Part shown: positions 11,800 to 24,792 of the stretch, piece by piece
How positions within the stretch are numbered: the first letter of the stretch is position 1
Layout of the letters: every line of letters starts with the position of its first letter
NCBI RefSeq assembly: GCF_018350175.1
Contig: NC_058368.1
Span: 127,598,001-127,662,000, forward strand
Length of the DNA stretch: 64,000 nt
Source: Felis catus
Lineage: Eukaryota
Direction: 5' to 3'
Made by a program: the position numbers and the translations under genes
The notes under the pieces: model-generated
The model's database searches: none
Told to the model about the DNA's origin: nothing
What the model saw: the letters and a program-made list of their open reading frames with translations, nothing else

Positions 11800-12560
11800 C
11801 ATGGAATGAAGGAGGATAGCAAGAACAGATAGGGAGAAAAAATGAACAGGGAATGCTCAATACAGATGACATATTTGAGGGCCTAAATCCTAAGTCAACC
11901 TGGCACAGAGATTTGCATAGTGAAGGATGAAGAAACATTGAAGGAAAGGAGTGTTGGGACCTACTAAATATGTGAAGAAGTTTGATCATTTTCCACTATG
12001 AAATAAAGCCTCTCTGAAAGTCTTTAGCCAGGAGAGTCACCTAATCCAGGTGGCTTGGGAAGATTTGGTTCGGTACCATGTAAAATAATTGCATGGGGGA
12101 GAAAACACAGAAAAGGAAATCTACTGACAGGTGGGGGAGGCGTGGCTCTGAATCAGGGTAGAAGAGACTAAAGGAAAGGAACTGATATGAAATAATTGAG
12201 AAAACAGAGTGATTGAGGAGAATTGGGAGTTGAAAGTGGTGGCTTTGTCCAAAATTGATGATAGGCTTCAAGCTTAGGTGGCAAAAGAAGAAGGACCATG
12301 TTAACAGGAATGGAAAAGTCAGTGGAGGCATTGATTTTGCAGGACTGAGAAGTCCACTAACAAACATGGAGTTAAGGTAACAGACAGTCAAATGAAATCT
12401 CCAAAAGGGTAGCTGGGGTAGGACAGGGGCCTGATCATAGCCTTGGCAACCTCCATAGGAATTGGAGGGAATGGTGTGTGTATAATGTCCATGGAAGGGA
12501 CAAACTCAGAGGCAATGATGTGAGAAGCACTCCTTGGGAAATACCCAGTGTCCAGCTGTG
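11800..12560 (-). mobile_element. L2 fragment
   Basis: Purine-rich antisense L2 pattern: gaagaagtttgatcattttcc...tttagccaggagagtcacctaatccag...gataggcttcaagcttaggtggc. Confidence 0.5.
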
Positions 12561-12807
12561 ACAACTGAAAATTCCCATGTATCATGAAGACAAAATCACA
12601 ACCCTAGAATTCTGGTGTTTTTCCCTTAAGGGAAACTTAAAAATGGTGACCAAGCAGCTAGAAGGATGGAATTGGTTTTATGATTTGTTTATTTCATGCT
12701 CGATAATAAATGTCTAATTAATAATGTCCTCATAAAATCAGAATTTAATCTGAGACTTGCTTTCTAACTGGGTAGTGAGATTATAAAGAAGTAGTTAACT
12801 TTTACCA

Positions 12808-13013
12808 TTTCAACGTTTATTTATTTTTGGGACAGAGAGAGACAGAGCACGAACGGGGGAGGGGCAGAGAGAGAGGGAGACACAGAATCGGAAACAGGCT
12901 CCAGGCTCTGAGCCATCAGCCCAGAGCCGGACGCGGGGCTCAAACTCACAGAGGGCGAGATCGTGACCTGGCTGAAGTCGGATGCTTAACTGACTGTGCC
13001 ACCCAGGTGCCCC
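12808..13013 (-). mobile_element. SINEC_Fc, essentially tail-less
   Basis: TSD aacttttaccatttcaa at 12797-12813 and 13014-13030. The TSD overlaps the element's 3' end. Confidence 0.95.
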
Positions 13014-13219
13014 AACTTTTACCATTTCAAATTTCAAAGGCAGTTACAAATGTCCAACAACAGCAAAAAACAAAAACAAAAACAAAAACCCAAATATGTT
13101 CATAATCCATACTGGTTTAGGTTGGTTGCCAAAAGAGTTGAGCCTGAGAATCTAGCCTTCTAAGGAAAGAGGATTCATTCATAATGGCTTATTACCTAAA
13201 AGAAAAGAATGCTGTTTTG

Positions 13220-13322
13220 TTTTAAGTTGATGTAGTTATCTCTACACCGAATGTGTGGCTCGAACTCAGGAGCCTAAGATCAAGAGCCACAGGCTCTTCC
13301 AACTGAGCAAACCATGCACCCC
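13220..13322 (-). mobile_element. Short tRNA-derived CAN-SINE
   Basis: atctctacaccgaatgtgtggctcgaactc...aagatcaagag...aactgagc...cacccc. Confidence 0.8.
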
Positions 13323-13753
13323 AGGAATGGTCTTTATCAATGTATTCCAAGTTATTTTAATGGCAAAGGAAAAGTTTTAGTCAAATGATTAAACACTTGA
13401 CCTGTTCACGTCATGAGTACTGGGATCCATACCTTCTGAAAAACATCTGCCTATTCAGTGATTAATCTGGACAAAGGGCTTTTTTACATTATTTCCCCCT
13501 TAGGGGCTCACTCATGTGGTGACAGAGAGCAATTATATCTTTAAAATGTGACTATTTAGCTATACATGGTGATAATAGGATTTAAATATTTCAGTGGACT
13601 GTTCTAAAAATATAACAATCTAAACAGCTCATACTTTATGCAGGAGGTTACCACGTGGTCCCTGCCAGTGTGGGGCTTTGCCTACATGCCTACATGCACA
13701 GCCACACGGACGTGCACACACAGATACATAGGCATACACACAAACATACAGCT

Positions 13754-13776
13754 GTGTGTGCGTGCATGTGTGTGTG

Positions 13777-13815
<39 letters not shown>
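13754..13815. repeat. Compound (TG)n-GCGCGC-(CA)n microsatellite
   Basis: Continuous alternating purine-pyrimidine tract. Confidence 0.95.
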
Positions 13816-13817
<2 letters not shown>

Positions 13818-15142
13818 CTTTAGCTATCTTTGAGGTAATTAAACCCTCCATCTGGCCTCATCTTCATTTTCAGAACAACTGAAGATCATATCTGAGGGAG
13901 AAAGGGAATGAGTCACACTGAGATAAAAATTCTTAAGTAGAAAAGGTGCATAAATGCCTCTTCAAGATGTTCATAAAGAAGGGACAAAAGAAAAACCATT
14001 TCGCTGAAATATCATCTATGATGCTGGCACAGCAAAGCAAAGTCCTCCGGACTTCCCAGGGACTGTGGAGAACCTGTCTTCCTCCCTCTTTTCTCCTGGC
14101 TTGCAGAGCCCTGTTTTTTGAGTCTTTCCCTCGGGGCTTATGTTCCACTGACCTAGAAATGTTCACTGTAATTATACCAATTTCCCCCTCCTGCACTGTT
14201 CACTGCTCTTCTCTATTTTTTTTATATTGCCTTTAAAACAGCATTCTTTACAGTAAAAGCCTCAAGTAAAATATATAGTAAAACCAACAAAACATAGTTA
14301 ACGAAGTTATGTAAAACAACTCTTAGTAACGACATCTTAAAAGTTACTGAATTACTAATCTATTGCGCAAAATGAGAAGTTGAAGATGTCAACTCTACTC
14401 CTATGTCACTTTTCTTAGCCTGGAAGACCAACAATGAATGAAAGAACTAGATGGATAGGGGTAAAACATCATCAGAGAGGCCGGTCCAGGCAGGGGCAAC
14501 ACAGCACCTCTAGAGCCTGGAGCAGAATCACGGGAGGTGGTTCCCGGAGGGACACGCTGGGCCCTCTCCCACTCCCACTGTCCACTCAGCAGAGATCCTG
14601 TGTGCCTGAGTCTCCATCTCCTCAGTTGCCACACTAGGTCTCACATCCTGGGGGGCTGTGGGGATGAGGGGAGACAATATGAGACTCTGCCGAATGCTGT
14701 GCTCCAAGAATGTTTGCTGTAGGAATTAGCTAGAGAAGTCACAGAGGCTAAAGTCAAAGGTCAACCTGTTTTTATCAATGTGAATTAAGTGCTCACAATT
14801 CAAAAGGTGGTGCCTTCAAAATCTAACAGAGCTTTTGCTTTGTCTGACATGGGTCATAGAATAACCTCTGTATGTGAAGATAAAAAAAGGTAGTTGATTT
14901 CCACGGGCAGAGAGGAACACAAAAAATTAGGAGATCTCTGAGGGAAAAGTGAAGATATGGGGCACATCCTCTCATCTACAGCCCCAAAGCTGGGTCTTAC
15001 TAAAAGAAGCCAGACTGGACCAGATCACTCATTAGACATTTATCTCTGTGGCAAATAGGTAAAAGTAGAAAGATGAAATCACCTTTCTAAAGACTTTAAT
15101 AAAACGGCTGTAGCAAGAAAATCTTTTAAATATATTGCATCT

Positions 15143-15354
15143 GGGGCGCCTGGGTGGCTCAGTAGGTTAAGCATCCAACTTCGGCTCAGGTCATGATCTC
15201 GCGGTCTGTGGGTTCGAACCCCGTGTCGGGCTCTATGCTGACAGCTCAGAGTCTGGAGCCTGTTTCAGATTCTGTGCCTCCCTCTTTCTCTGACCCTCCC
15301 TTGTTCATGCTCTCTCTCTGTCTCAAAAATAAATAAATGTTAAAAAAATTAAAA

Positions 15355-15362
<8 letters not shown>
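15143..15362 (+). mobile_element. CAN-SINE (felid)
   Basis: Full element. TSD aaatatattgc(a/g)tct, whose 3' copy carries a TA expansion. Confidence 0.95.

Positions 15363-15363
<1 letters not shown>

Positions 15364-15413
<50 letters not shown>
15364..15413. repeat. (TA)25 microsatellite
   Basis: Pure TA run following the SINE tail. Confidence 0.98.
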
Positions 15414-15416
<3 letters not shown>

Positions 15417-15557
15417 CGTCTGACCCGTTAAAATAGAATCCAAGTATGACATAAAATATTATAGCAGCAATCAGTCAATCTAATTGGAAACTTTCCTCGG
15501 GCCACAACACTGGATACCATGCCTCTATTTCCATATATTTCTCTGGATCAGAAGCCA

Positions 15558-15911
15558 CGTTATGAATTGGATTGTGTCCCCTCAAAAACATATGTTGAAG
15601 TCCTAACCCTGAGTACCTCAGAATGTAATATTTAGAAATACCATCTTTACAGATAATCAAGTTGAAAGAATGTCCTTAAGGTTGCCCCTAATCCAATACA
15701 ATTGGCGTCCTTATAAGAAGAGATTAGGATGGAATGAGAAGAAAAGAGGCCTGGAACAAATCCTTCCCCAGTACCTTCAGAGGAAGCATGCCCTCACTGA
15801 CACCTTGATTTCAGACTTCTGGTCTCCAGAACTGTGAGACAATAAAAGTCTTTTGTTCCAAACCACCCATTTTATGATACTTTGTTACGGCAGCCCTAGG
15901 AAACTGATACA
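15558..15911 (+). mobile_element. MLT1B/C-like ERVL-MaLR solo LTR
   Basis: ttgtgtcccctcaaaaacatatgttgaagtcctaaccc...gacaccttgatttcagacttctggtctccagaactgtgagacaataaa...gcagccctaggaaactgataca. Confidence 0.85.
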
Positions 15912-16169
15912 GCTGGCAATCAGAATTTTACTCAAATAACAGGGTAGGAAGCAGGGTTTGGTTTCTCTGGAGGAAGTTTTAGATCATGGAAGTCACTTAA
16001 TCTCCTAAGTTTGAAAGATAAATCCACTTCAAATATTGCCTGTATGCAAAGGTCCGTAGAAATCCAATTACACAAATTTACAGTCCAGGCAAGGGAAAGA
16101 AATCAAATTACTATTCAAGGAAATTTAAGCAGAGTTTATGACTGGAAAAATAAATAGTGCTATACCAAC

Positions 16170-16385
16170 TGTGAAGCACTGTGATTAACAACTCAGTCAC
16201 CAGTTTGAGTCTCAGCTCCGTCATTTGTCGAGGGCATGACCTTTAGTAAGTCGCTGACACTCACTGATCCTCAGCTCCCTCCAAGGCTACAGTTGTGCAG
16301 ACTCTCAGATGTGATGTATTTGAGGTGTTCAGCATGTGGTTTGCCACACGGTGACTACTGACTAAATTTTAGCTATTGTGATGAC
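16170..16385 (+). mobile_element. MIR
   Basis: gtttgagtctcagctccgtcattt...tgacctttagtaagtc...cctcagc. Confidence 0.55.
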
Positions 16386-16969
16386 TATAAAGGGCAAATA
16401 ATACCTTTTTTTTTAAATTAAAAGGCAAACACACCCAAAAGTTCAAAAATGAAAAGTTTATTTGTTTGCTTTTCATCTTTTTAGAGGACACTTAATGTTT
16501 TCCTTTTTTTTGTAACTGATTCCATTTCTCTTTTCTGGAGTATCACAGTCCTTTGAAGGCAATGAAATGCACAGATTACAAATGTGAATATCAGATGAAA
16601 GATTGTGATATCCCGCTGAGCTATCTAGTTAACCAGAGAAGTAAAAAGCATTTTTTTTTTGGTACAAAAAGTTACTGTTCTCATGAACTTGGAAATATTT
16701 CAAAAGAAGTTTGCTGAGCTCTTAATTGGACCATACTATCACAACGCCAAGCCACTTTTGGACAAACTACGCCCACCTTCTCAACTGTTGTTGTTCAGAA
16801 TTGGAAGAAAGGATGGAAATTCAAATTCGCTGTCACACATATCAATGTGGGTTGGAATTAAAACATGAAAAGGAAATAAAATTTACAGACTAGGATAATA
16901 GAAGTGGGTAGGAAAGAGGGGAGTCGAAGAGAAAGAGACATTAAATAGGCCAGGACTAAGTGACTAGGC

Positions 16970-17734
16970 CATCCCTGCCTCCACGTCCTCACTCCAGTCT
17001 ACACAACCATCATTCAGACTCCATCATTGGTGGCCAGCTGGCTCCCAACATCTGTAGCTGTCCCTGCCATCCATTCCCCATACCACAGACAGAATGATCT
17101 TTTCCAAGTAAAAAAAAAAAAACAAAAACATTTTCCCTGATTTTTCCTGAGAAGGACTAAATGATTCTGTTCTTCCAAAATTCATATACTGAAACCCTAA
17201 CACCCAATGTGATGGCATTTGGAGATGGAGCTTTTGGGAGGTGATTAAGGTTGGGTGAGGTCATGAGATAAGGCCCTCATGATGGGATTAGTGCCCTTAT
17301 AAGAAGGGATGCTAGAAAGCTTTCTCCTTCTCCCTGTTTTCTATTCCGTCCTCACCTTTTCTGTCTCTCCCTGTCCTCTACATGAGAAGGCAGCTGTCTG
17401 AAAGTCAGGAATTAAATCTTTACCAGAAACCAACCATGCCGGTACCCTGATATCAGACTTCTAGCCTCCAGACCTATGAGAAAACAACTGTCTATTGGTT
17501 AAGCTACCCAGTCTATGGCATTTTGTTACGGTAGCCCAAGCATACTAAGACATTTCCTGTTACAGTTTCTCACAGCACTGCATACCCTTCCTTCACAGGA
17601 ATTACTACAGCTTAGAGGCAGACATGGACACTTGTGATTTTTCACTTATTCACTAGACTGTCGTCTTCAACAGAGAATAAACTGTATCTCTATTTGCAAG
17701 TAAATGTTCAATAACTATTTGTTGAATGAACGAA
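16970..17734 (+). mobile_element. L2 3' region (interrupted by MLT1A LTR)
   Basis: ccataccacagacagaatgatcttt... and the terminus aatgttcaataactatttgttgaatgaacgaa. Confidence 0.55.
17148..17552 (+). mobile_element. MLT1A-like MaLR solo LTR
   Basis: TG...CA ends with a perfect 5-bp TSD tttcc (17143-17147 and 17553-17557). Body aaattcatatactgaaaccctaacacccaatgtgatggcatttggagatgg...gatgggattagtgcccttataagaag. Confidence 0.9.
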
Positions 17735-18118
17735 GGCTAAGACTGCCTATATGGAATTTCGATATCAAATATAAGTTGAATGGACAAGTCAATTTGGTCA
17801 TTCTACCGCATGTAACCACACACCCACACCAACCATTTATAACCAAAAGTGTACTCTAAAGGTATACTCTATTGAAGGGGGCACTAATAAATAAAACGCC
17901 ATTTTGTTCTGCTGAGCACCTGGGTAGATTTGGGAGTTAAAAGATGTTTGGAGCAGAAAAGAGAGAGGTAAAGTGCTAAATCCCATTAAGTGAGAAAGAT
18001 TTGCAGCTCCCATGAGAAATGTTTGGATGAGGAGGGATACAGAAGGTAAGGGAGAGAGGAAGACCGAGCCAAATGGTAGAAGACTAACACTTCAGTTGGA
18101 GAAATGACTAGGTGACTT

Positions 18119-18319
18119 TTTTTAAGTATTATTTATTTATTTTGAGAGAGAGAGACACAGAGAGAAAGTGAGGAGGGGACAGAGAAAAAGAATCCCAAGC
18201 AGGCTCTGCATTGCCAGCACAGAGCCTGATGCACGGCTTGAACTCACGAACCAGGAGATCGTGACCTGAGCTGAAATCAAGAATCAGATGCTCAATCAAC
18301 TGGGCCACCCAGGTGCTCC
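18119..18319 (-). mobile_element. CAN-SINE
   Basis: TSD atgactaggt(g/a)actt at 18104 and 18321. Confidence 0.94.
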
Positions 18320-19699
18320 TATGACTAGGTAACTTCTTAAGAATATGAGTGTCTAAATACCATTCCATTTCACATTACTTGTGAATTCAAATTGCTTTTA
18401 TTTCTTCCAACTGTCAGTATAGTCTGACATGTACATAACTGTCCTGTGTGAATAAGTTTCCTTTCCTAGGGGAAAGGGAAAGCTGGTGGCTGGGAAAATG
18501 GAGGCAGAGGCTCAATTCTACCACTGGTCTCTGTGATGTGGAAAATGGAGGTCATGATGACTACTGTGAGCTAATTCCTAAACCAAAGTAATTCTGCTGA
18601 GGCAGAGCCTTGGGGCCTGATGTCATTGGGAGATGGGCTCTAAGTCTCTTGGAAATTCTTAAAAGCTTTGGAGAGAATACGGGACTTTTCACAATCTATA
18701 CCATGGGGCTTTGAGCCAATTTTTTTCTAGATCTTAGGAAACAGGGTGACCTCAGTTGACCCCTATGAGGAAAAATTTCCATATCCCACAAACAATAAAA
18801 ATCACAACTAAAGTTTAATATGGTAGCAACAAGGAACCCAGCTTCATGGGGCCCTTGAGCAAGTTCATATTCACACACCCAAGTAACCACCACCGCCCCC
18901 ATACTGGGCAGATGAACAGTTCAAGTGGTAACTTTGGGGTCTGATTCAGTCTCGGAGTTCTGTTAATTGCAGAGAATGACTGCAAAGAAGGACACGTTAC
19001 ATAAATGCTTATGTTCAACAATGAGAAGACTTTAAGGAAGTATGAACATGCAGTAAAATTGTACAGAAATAATTCCTGGAGGATGTGAGAAGCCCAAAGG
19101 CATTATTCACTGAATAAAAATGGGATGGCATCTCATTTTTTTGATTGGGTGTGTAAAGAATGAAAACCTGAAACACAAGTTTGGTTATAAAAGTGAGTTA
19201 GGAAAGAAAACTTACTGTGTTAGGAGAATCAACAGTCACTGAGGAAAAAAAAGAACAGGAAATGGTTGACATTCAGATTTCATGCTTAGGTGACTAATAA
19301 CAAATATAGTAAACCCTTGGTTCATGTCATGCAAATAGCTAGTGTGAATGATGTTTTGTTTCTTCTACTTTTGCTAGGGAAATCAGGTGGCCTATATAAA
19401 ACTTAGAGAAGACTTCTATTGGATTGTCCATAACGACTTGGTAAAAGTTTGGCAATGTGACATCAGTAGCAGAAAACAGTTTGGGACCAAGAATGGTTCA
19501 GGGGTACTCTGAAATGTGCTTCCAGATACAGATAAATTCCCAGTTGTTCCCCAAGATGGCAGCACACGTCTCTAATCCTACTGTTGTCATGCTTCCCCAG
19601 AACACAATGTCCAGAGAAAAATCACTTTGTCTTGCACAAAGTTTAGACCAAATCCCCACCAAAGGCAGGGCTTATAAATGACATCATTAAAAAATAATA

Positions 19700-19903
19700 A
19701 TAATAACGTTTATTTTTGAGAGACTGAGAGAGACAGTGTGAGCAGGGGAGAGGCAGAGACAGAGGGAGACATAGAATCCGAAGCAGGCTCCAGGCTCCGA
19801 GCTGTCAGCACAGAGCCTGACATGGGACTCGAACCCAGGAACTGTGAAATCATGACCTGAGTGGAAGTCAGGCATTTAACCGACTGAGCCACCCAGGCAC
19901 CCC
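19700..19903 (-). mobile_element. CAN-SINE
   Basis: Head, CT tract and degenerate tail. Confidence 0.94.
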
Positions 19904-20564
19904 TAAACTGCATCATTTAAATAAAACCAGGATGAGGGGACAAATTTGTTCAACAAGTAGTATGTGGTAGCAAGGGTATGTATAGAAGGAAAAAAGGTTT
20001 AGTCATAAAAAAACAAAAAACAAACCAAAAAAAAAAAAAAAAACTAAAGGAAGACTCTGGAATCACAAAAGTCCTTAGTCTGTTCCCACAAGGGGAAAAC
20101 AGCCTCCCTGTATATGACATGTTTCCAGTCAGAACGGGAAGTTCCGATCCTAGAGCATATCTGACATTACTGACTAAAGACTACCCTCTAGTGGTCCTTT
20201 CCAAGAACTACAAGAACTGGCAAAGCACAGACTTTTAAAGAAATGTGATAAAGAAAATGCAGTAACAAAATAATGAAATAACTGATCACTCTAAACAGTA
20301 AGTGCAGATATAGAATCAAGCATGATTGTTCTTAATTACTCCAATGACCTACATGAGGTTGCAGAGAGTCCCAAATGCAGATTTATAGTTTTGATGTTTA
20401 CAATATAAATATAACTCCAGTATAGAGACCTTTCTAACAAAGACAAATTGACTGTAAAATATAAAAATACTTCATAAAAGTGACAAAAATACAGTAAGTA
20501 TGAGAATTTCTGTGTTTCTTTACTAACCTCCACAGCTTTCTCAATTAGCTACTCCATAAATAGC

Positions 20565-20800
20565 TGGTATAGCAGAGTCAATTCAGAGTCAGAATATCTG
20601 GGTGGTTCCCAAACTGCAGTCTGTGTTGCCCTAAGTTATTCATTTAACTGACAGGGAGTCATTTAATACTCCCTGGGGAAAACTATGTTATGTGTAAATC
20701 ATCGTTGTTCTTCCAATCTCCCTGGGTTTGGGGGAAAATATACTAAAATGTATATGAAAATACTTTGTAAATCTAATGTGCTACATAGAAGCTTCTATTA
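20565..20800 (+). mobile_element. MIR (highly diverged)
   Basis: gagtcagaatatctgggt...ctgtgttgccctaagttattcatttaac...atgtatatgaaaatactttgtaaa. Confidence 0.45.
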
Positions 20801-20863
20801 GTCTTAAATCTTTAGATGAGGATGATGAGGTTGATAAACTGGTATCTGAAGGTGCTACTTAAC

Positions 20864-21064
20864 TTTTTTAAGTTTATTTACTTATTTTGAGAGAGAGAGA
20901 AAGAAAGTGTGAGCAAACGGGGTAGAGGCAGAGACAGAGAGGGAGTGAGAAAAAATCTTCATTGTCAGTGCTGAGCTGGATGTGGGGCTCGAACTCACAA
21001 ACCATGACATGACCTGAGCTGAAATCAAGACTCAGACACTTTAACTGAGCCACCTAGGTGCCCC
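20864..21064 (-). mobile_element. CAN-SINE
   Basis: Head and GA tract, with short TSD ctacttaa. Confidence 0.92.
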
Positions 21065-21349
21065 TACTTAAATTTATGTTTTAAGTTTTTTTTAATTAAA
21101 AATAAAAAAAAAAACATCTGTTCTAAAATTGTTTACTAATCATGCTTGAGGAGCACTGAGTGATTGTACTCCCAAGTTTTCCTGCAAATTTATACATGTA
21201 ATCAGTGACTAAAAATAGAACAACCGTCATATCTTGTGTTCTGAAGTTTATCACTCTAGAAATCCTATTTCCTTGTTAATATTTTTCACGGCAGTTTAAA
21301 TTAGTGCAGACTGATGGTTCTAAATTAAAATGCCCATCAATAAATCATA

Positions 21350-21562
21350 GGGGCACCTGGGTCGCTCAGTTGGTTAAGCGCCTGACTACAGCTCAGGTCA
21401 TGATCTCAAGGCTCCTGAGTTCGAGCACCACAGCGGGCTCTGTGCTGACAGCTCAGAGCCTGGAGCCTGCTTTGGATTCTGTGTCTCCCTCTCTCTCTGC
21501 CCCTCCCCTGCTCGTGCTCTATCTCTCTCTGTCTCTCTAAAATAAATATTAAAAAGATTAAA
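21350..21562 (+). mobile_element. CAN-SINE
   Basis: Full element with TSD aaatcata. Confidence 0.94.
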
Positions 21563-23078
21563 AATCATAACTAAATTTCTATCTATGTTTAATTATTCTG
21601 AGATACAAGGGCCCAGCCTTTAGAAAAAATCAAATAGAAGATAGCCTGTATATGGGACATACTGATATCATCATTATTTTTGAGAAAGAGCTATTTCCTA
21701 GGCTTATTCTACGGGTGTCTTTCATCTGGTGAGATCTAACTTTTTGGGTGGGATAGATTACATTAATACAAATGGATTACACTTAAGCTATTTTCAAGTA
21801 ACTCCACTTGACTGAAATCAATATATTTGATTTTCCAAACCATTGGGGCAGTCGACACAGGGTCATTACATTTAGAACGACATGACATTGTTATAAATCT
21901 TAGTATTCAAGTGGTACTTTTGCTTTTTGTATAATTGTTATACAATGGGAAAATGTTTCTGGAGAATTAGAGAACTGTGTCAAAACGAATCATTTACTCC
22001 TAACAACCCTGTTCTAGTCATGAATTACAAGAATAGCAAACTCTTTCCTGACAAGTCCATACGGACTTGCTAAATTGAGATAGGAAATGCAGGAACCAGT
22101 AGAATTTATTATTTTTCATCTCTAGCTTAGAGTGCGTTTATCCAAGACTCAGAATGAATCTAAATGTTTTGGGCAACATGTAAAGAGTAGTTTATTACAT
22201 TTTCTTGTTTATGGAAACAAAATTCAAAAGGAAAACATCCACAGGAGGCACATAAATAAAGCAAGGATAGACGTTTCTGAACATAACCTTGTGGAAAAGA
22301 CATGGCTACTCTTTCAACTCATAAAGAGAACAAGGTACCTCAGAAGTTCTAAAAATTTTCTATGTGTTAGAATCATCTGGAATCTTTGACAATGTCTATG
22401 ACCAGACCAAAGCCCCCATCAGTTAAAAGAAAAACTATATTTTGTTTAAAAAAAAAACTGTATTTGTTAAAGTTCTCTAGGAGATGCCAGTGTGTAGCCA
22501 AGTCTGAGAAACACTTCATTTTAGTTGAAAAACATACTTTACAGCACGAAAAGTTGTGGTTCTTTTTTTTTTTCAGACTAGTCATGATACGATCACAGAT
22601 TATTGTTATAACCTCACTATTCTTACAAAAGCAAGAAGCAAAGCTTCATTTGATAGGTATTTAAGCAGATGAACAAAGCACATACAGGTGAGAAGCAGGA
22701 GTTATAGGATTGAATCAAGGAGTCAGCAGAAAATACAGCAAATGAGTTCAGCAGGTGCATGGAGGACGCCCTGTCAGGGGCTGCAGGGGGAGACAAGCAC
22801 AGGGTTCGATGTCTTTAATGGGTGACAAATAGCTGGGTCTGCCAGTTTACAAGTAAATGAAGAAGAAGTGAAATATGTGTTCCCAATGAATGATGAGCAG
22901 AGTTGCATTGTAGGGAAGAGCATGATAGCAGGCGTTAATGATTTAAGAAGGTAAACGTGCCAACAAAACTAGAATCCTAACTGGTTCATTCCAGGGACTT
23001 TGAAAAAACAATCGCATGTTGTCACCAATGGGACAGGGGAAATCAAGAGAAACATAACTTTATTTCCCAGAGCTAAGG

Positions 23079-23249
23079 CGGTGGTTCTCAAAATGTTACT
23101 CCAAGACAGCAGTATCAGCATCACCCGGGGGCTTGTTAGGCACATGGCTGGACCCCACCCCAGATTCACAAAATCAGAAGCCTGGGGAAGGGGCCAGCAA
23201 CGAGTTTTTACAAACACTCTAGGTGATTCTAGTGGTGTGAGAACCACTG
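23079..23249. mobile_element. MER5A hAT-Charlie MITE
   Basis: TIRs c(g/a)gtggttctca ... tgagaaccactg. Internal cagcagtatcagcatcacccgggggcttgttag. Confidence 0.85.
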
Positions 23250-23669
23250 CTGTAAAGTTTTTCTTGAGACTAAAATTCTCTCTGTAGTCTGAAACACATT
23301 TGGAATAACATTATATAAAACTGACCATTATATCATCTACATGTACTGAAGTAGGGACATTATATGGTACAGGGTGACACGGTCACTGATACTTCACCTC
23401 TGACAAGAATTTGTTTTTCCTGGGAACCACTCAAAAGGACAGCATTTTTAGTTGAGGTCTTAAAATACCGAAAACTAGTTATTGAAAATATACCAGCATT
23501 GAGTGAACAGTGACGTTAGTGCAAATTTGTGACTGCAGGTACTAATATTAATAAATTTATATTTTGTATAAGTCTTAAAATACCTGAGACATATGTCATG
23601 ACCATCTCTTCCTTTCTTTTTAATCTCTAGTTCTTTGTTAAACTTTTTAAAAAGAAAAATAGAAACATG

Positions 23670-24038
23670 ATACAAAAACAAGAACGAATAGACTATAACT
23701 ACATGCAACCATGCCGATAGATCTTAAGCACATAAGACTGACCTAATGAGGCTAGACACAAGAGCAAGGAGAGTATGACTTCATCTACAGAAAGCTTAAA
23801 AACAGGAAAGAGACTCACTATTTTTTAGTAAGAGAAGTCTTATGCTAAGTATCTGGGGAGCTAGTAACTGGCAGGAGGCTCCCAGGAGGCTTCTGGGGTA
23901 TTAAGAACATTCTGTCTCTTGTTTTGGGTGCTGGTGACCCCAGTGTGTTCACCTTATGAAAAATCACTGATCTCTACACTTATAATTGGTGTTATTTGTA
24001 TCTATGTATCTATGTATCTTTGATAGAAAGTTTTAAAA
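23670..24038 (+). mobile_element. L1ME-like 3' end
   Basis: ctacatgcaacc...gctagacacaaga...ggaggcttctggggta...ttctgtctcttgttttgggtgctggt...gtgtgttcaccttatgaaaaatca. Confidence 0.75.
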
Positions 24039-24615
24039 TGTAAGAATAAGATTAATGCTATGTTAGAATTTTAAGAAGTTAGGATGTCTTCCTTTCAGCA
24101 TTTCAAGTCGTGTTGGATATCGGGGTGGTGTTCTCGGTGACTGCTGGGGAGGTCAATGGCATGTCAACCACCACAGTGAACGCAGCTGAGTGGATAGTGC
24201 AGTTCAGTCTTTGGATTCCAAATTTCCAAAAGAGGACGACGTGGGAATGATCATGTGCCAGTGAGGCTGGGCAATTCATTCTGGCCTCAGTGAGGTCTTG
24301 CCTAGGTCAGAACAAGAAAAATCTGCAGAGTAGACAAGATTTTCAACAGTGCCCCAAATAACCGTCCAGTGGTCTATACCTGAGAGCACGTTTGTTCACC
24401 AAGTCTGTCTGGGCCACGCTTCCAGGCAGTCCCTGGACACATGCCACCATGTCCAGTTGTGGCCCAGATCTTGATCTGATACATCCTTGGTGCTGTCCTC
24501 CACTTTCTCTCCACTCCCCTCCTCCTCCTCCTCCTCCTTTTCTCCTTCTTTCTCTTTAAAGTCTACCAGGTCTCCACATTATCTCAGAAACTTTGATATT
24601 AGCCAGTTCATTAAA

Positions 24616-24792
24616 CTGGTACTACTCAACCCTGGTTGCACATTAGTGTCCCTTGGAAGTTGTATAGAAACACTGATGTCCGGGCAACTGCAGACCAATT
24701 ACACGGGAATCTATGGATACGCCCCCTACCAGGAGTACTTTTATAAGCTCCCTGAGTGATATGGTAGGACAGGTCAGAGTTGAGAAGCTCTG
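24616..24792. mobile_element. MER5B-like MITE
   Basis: ctcaaccctggttgcacattag...cagaccaatta...ttttataagctccctgagtgat...gagttgagaa. Confidence 0.65.
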
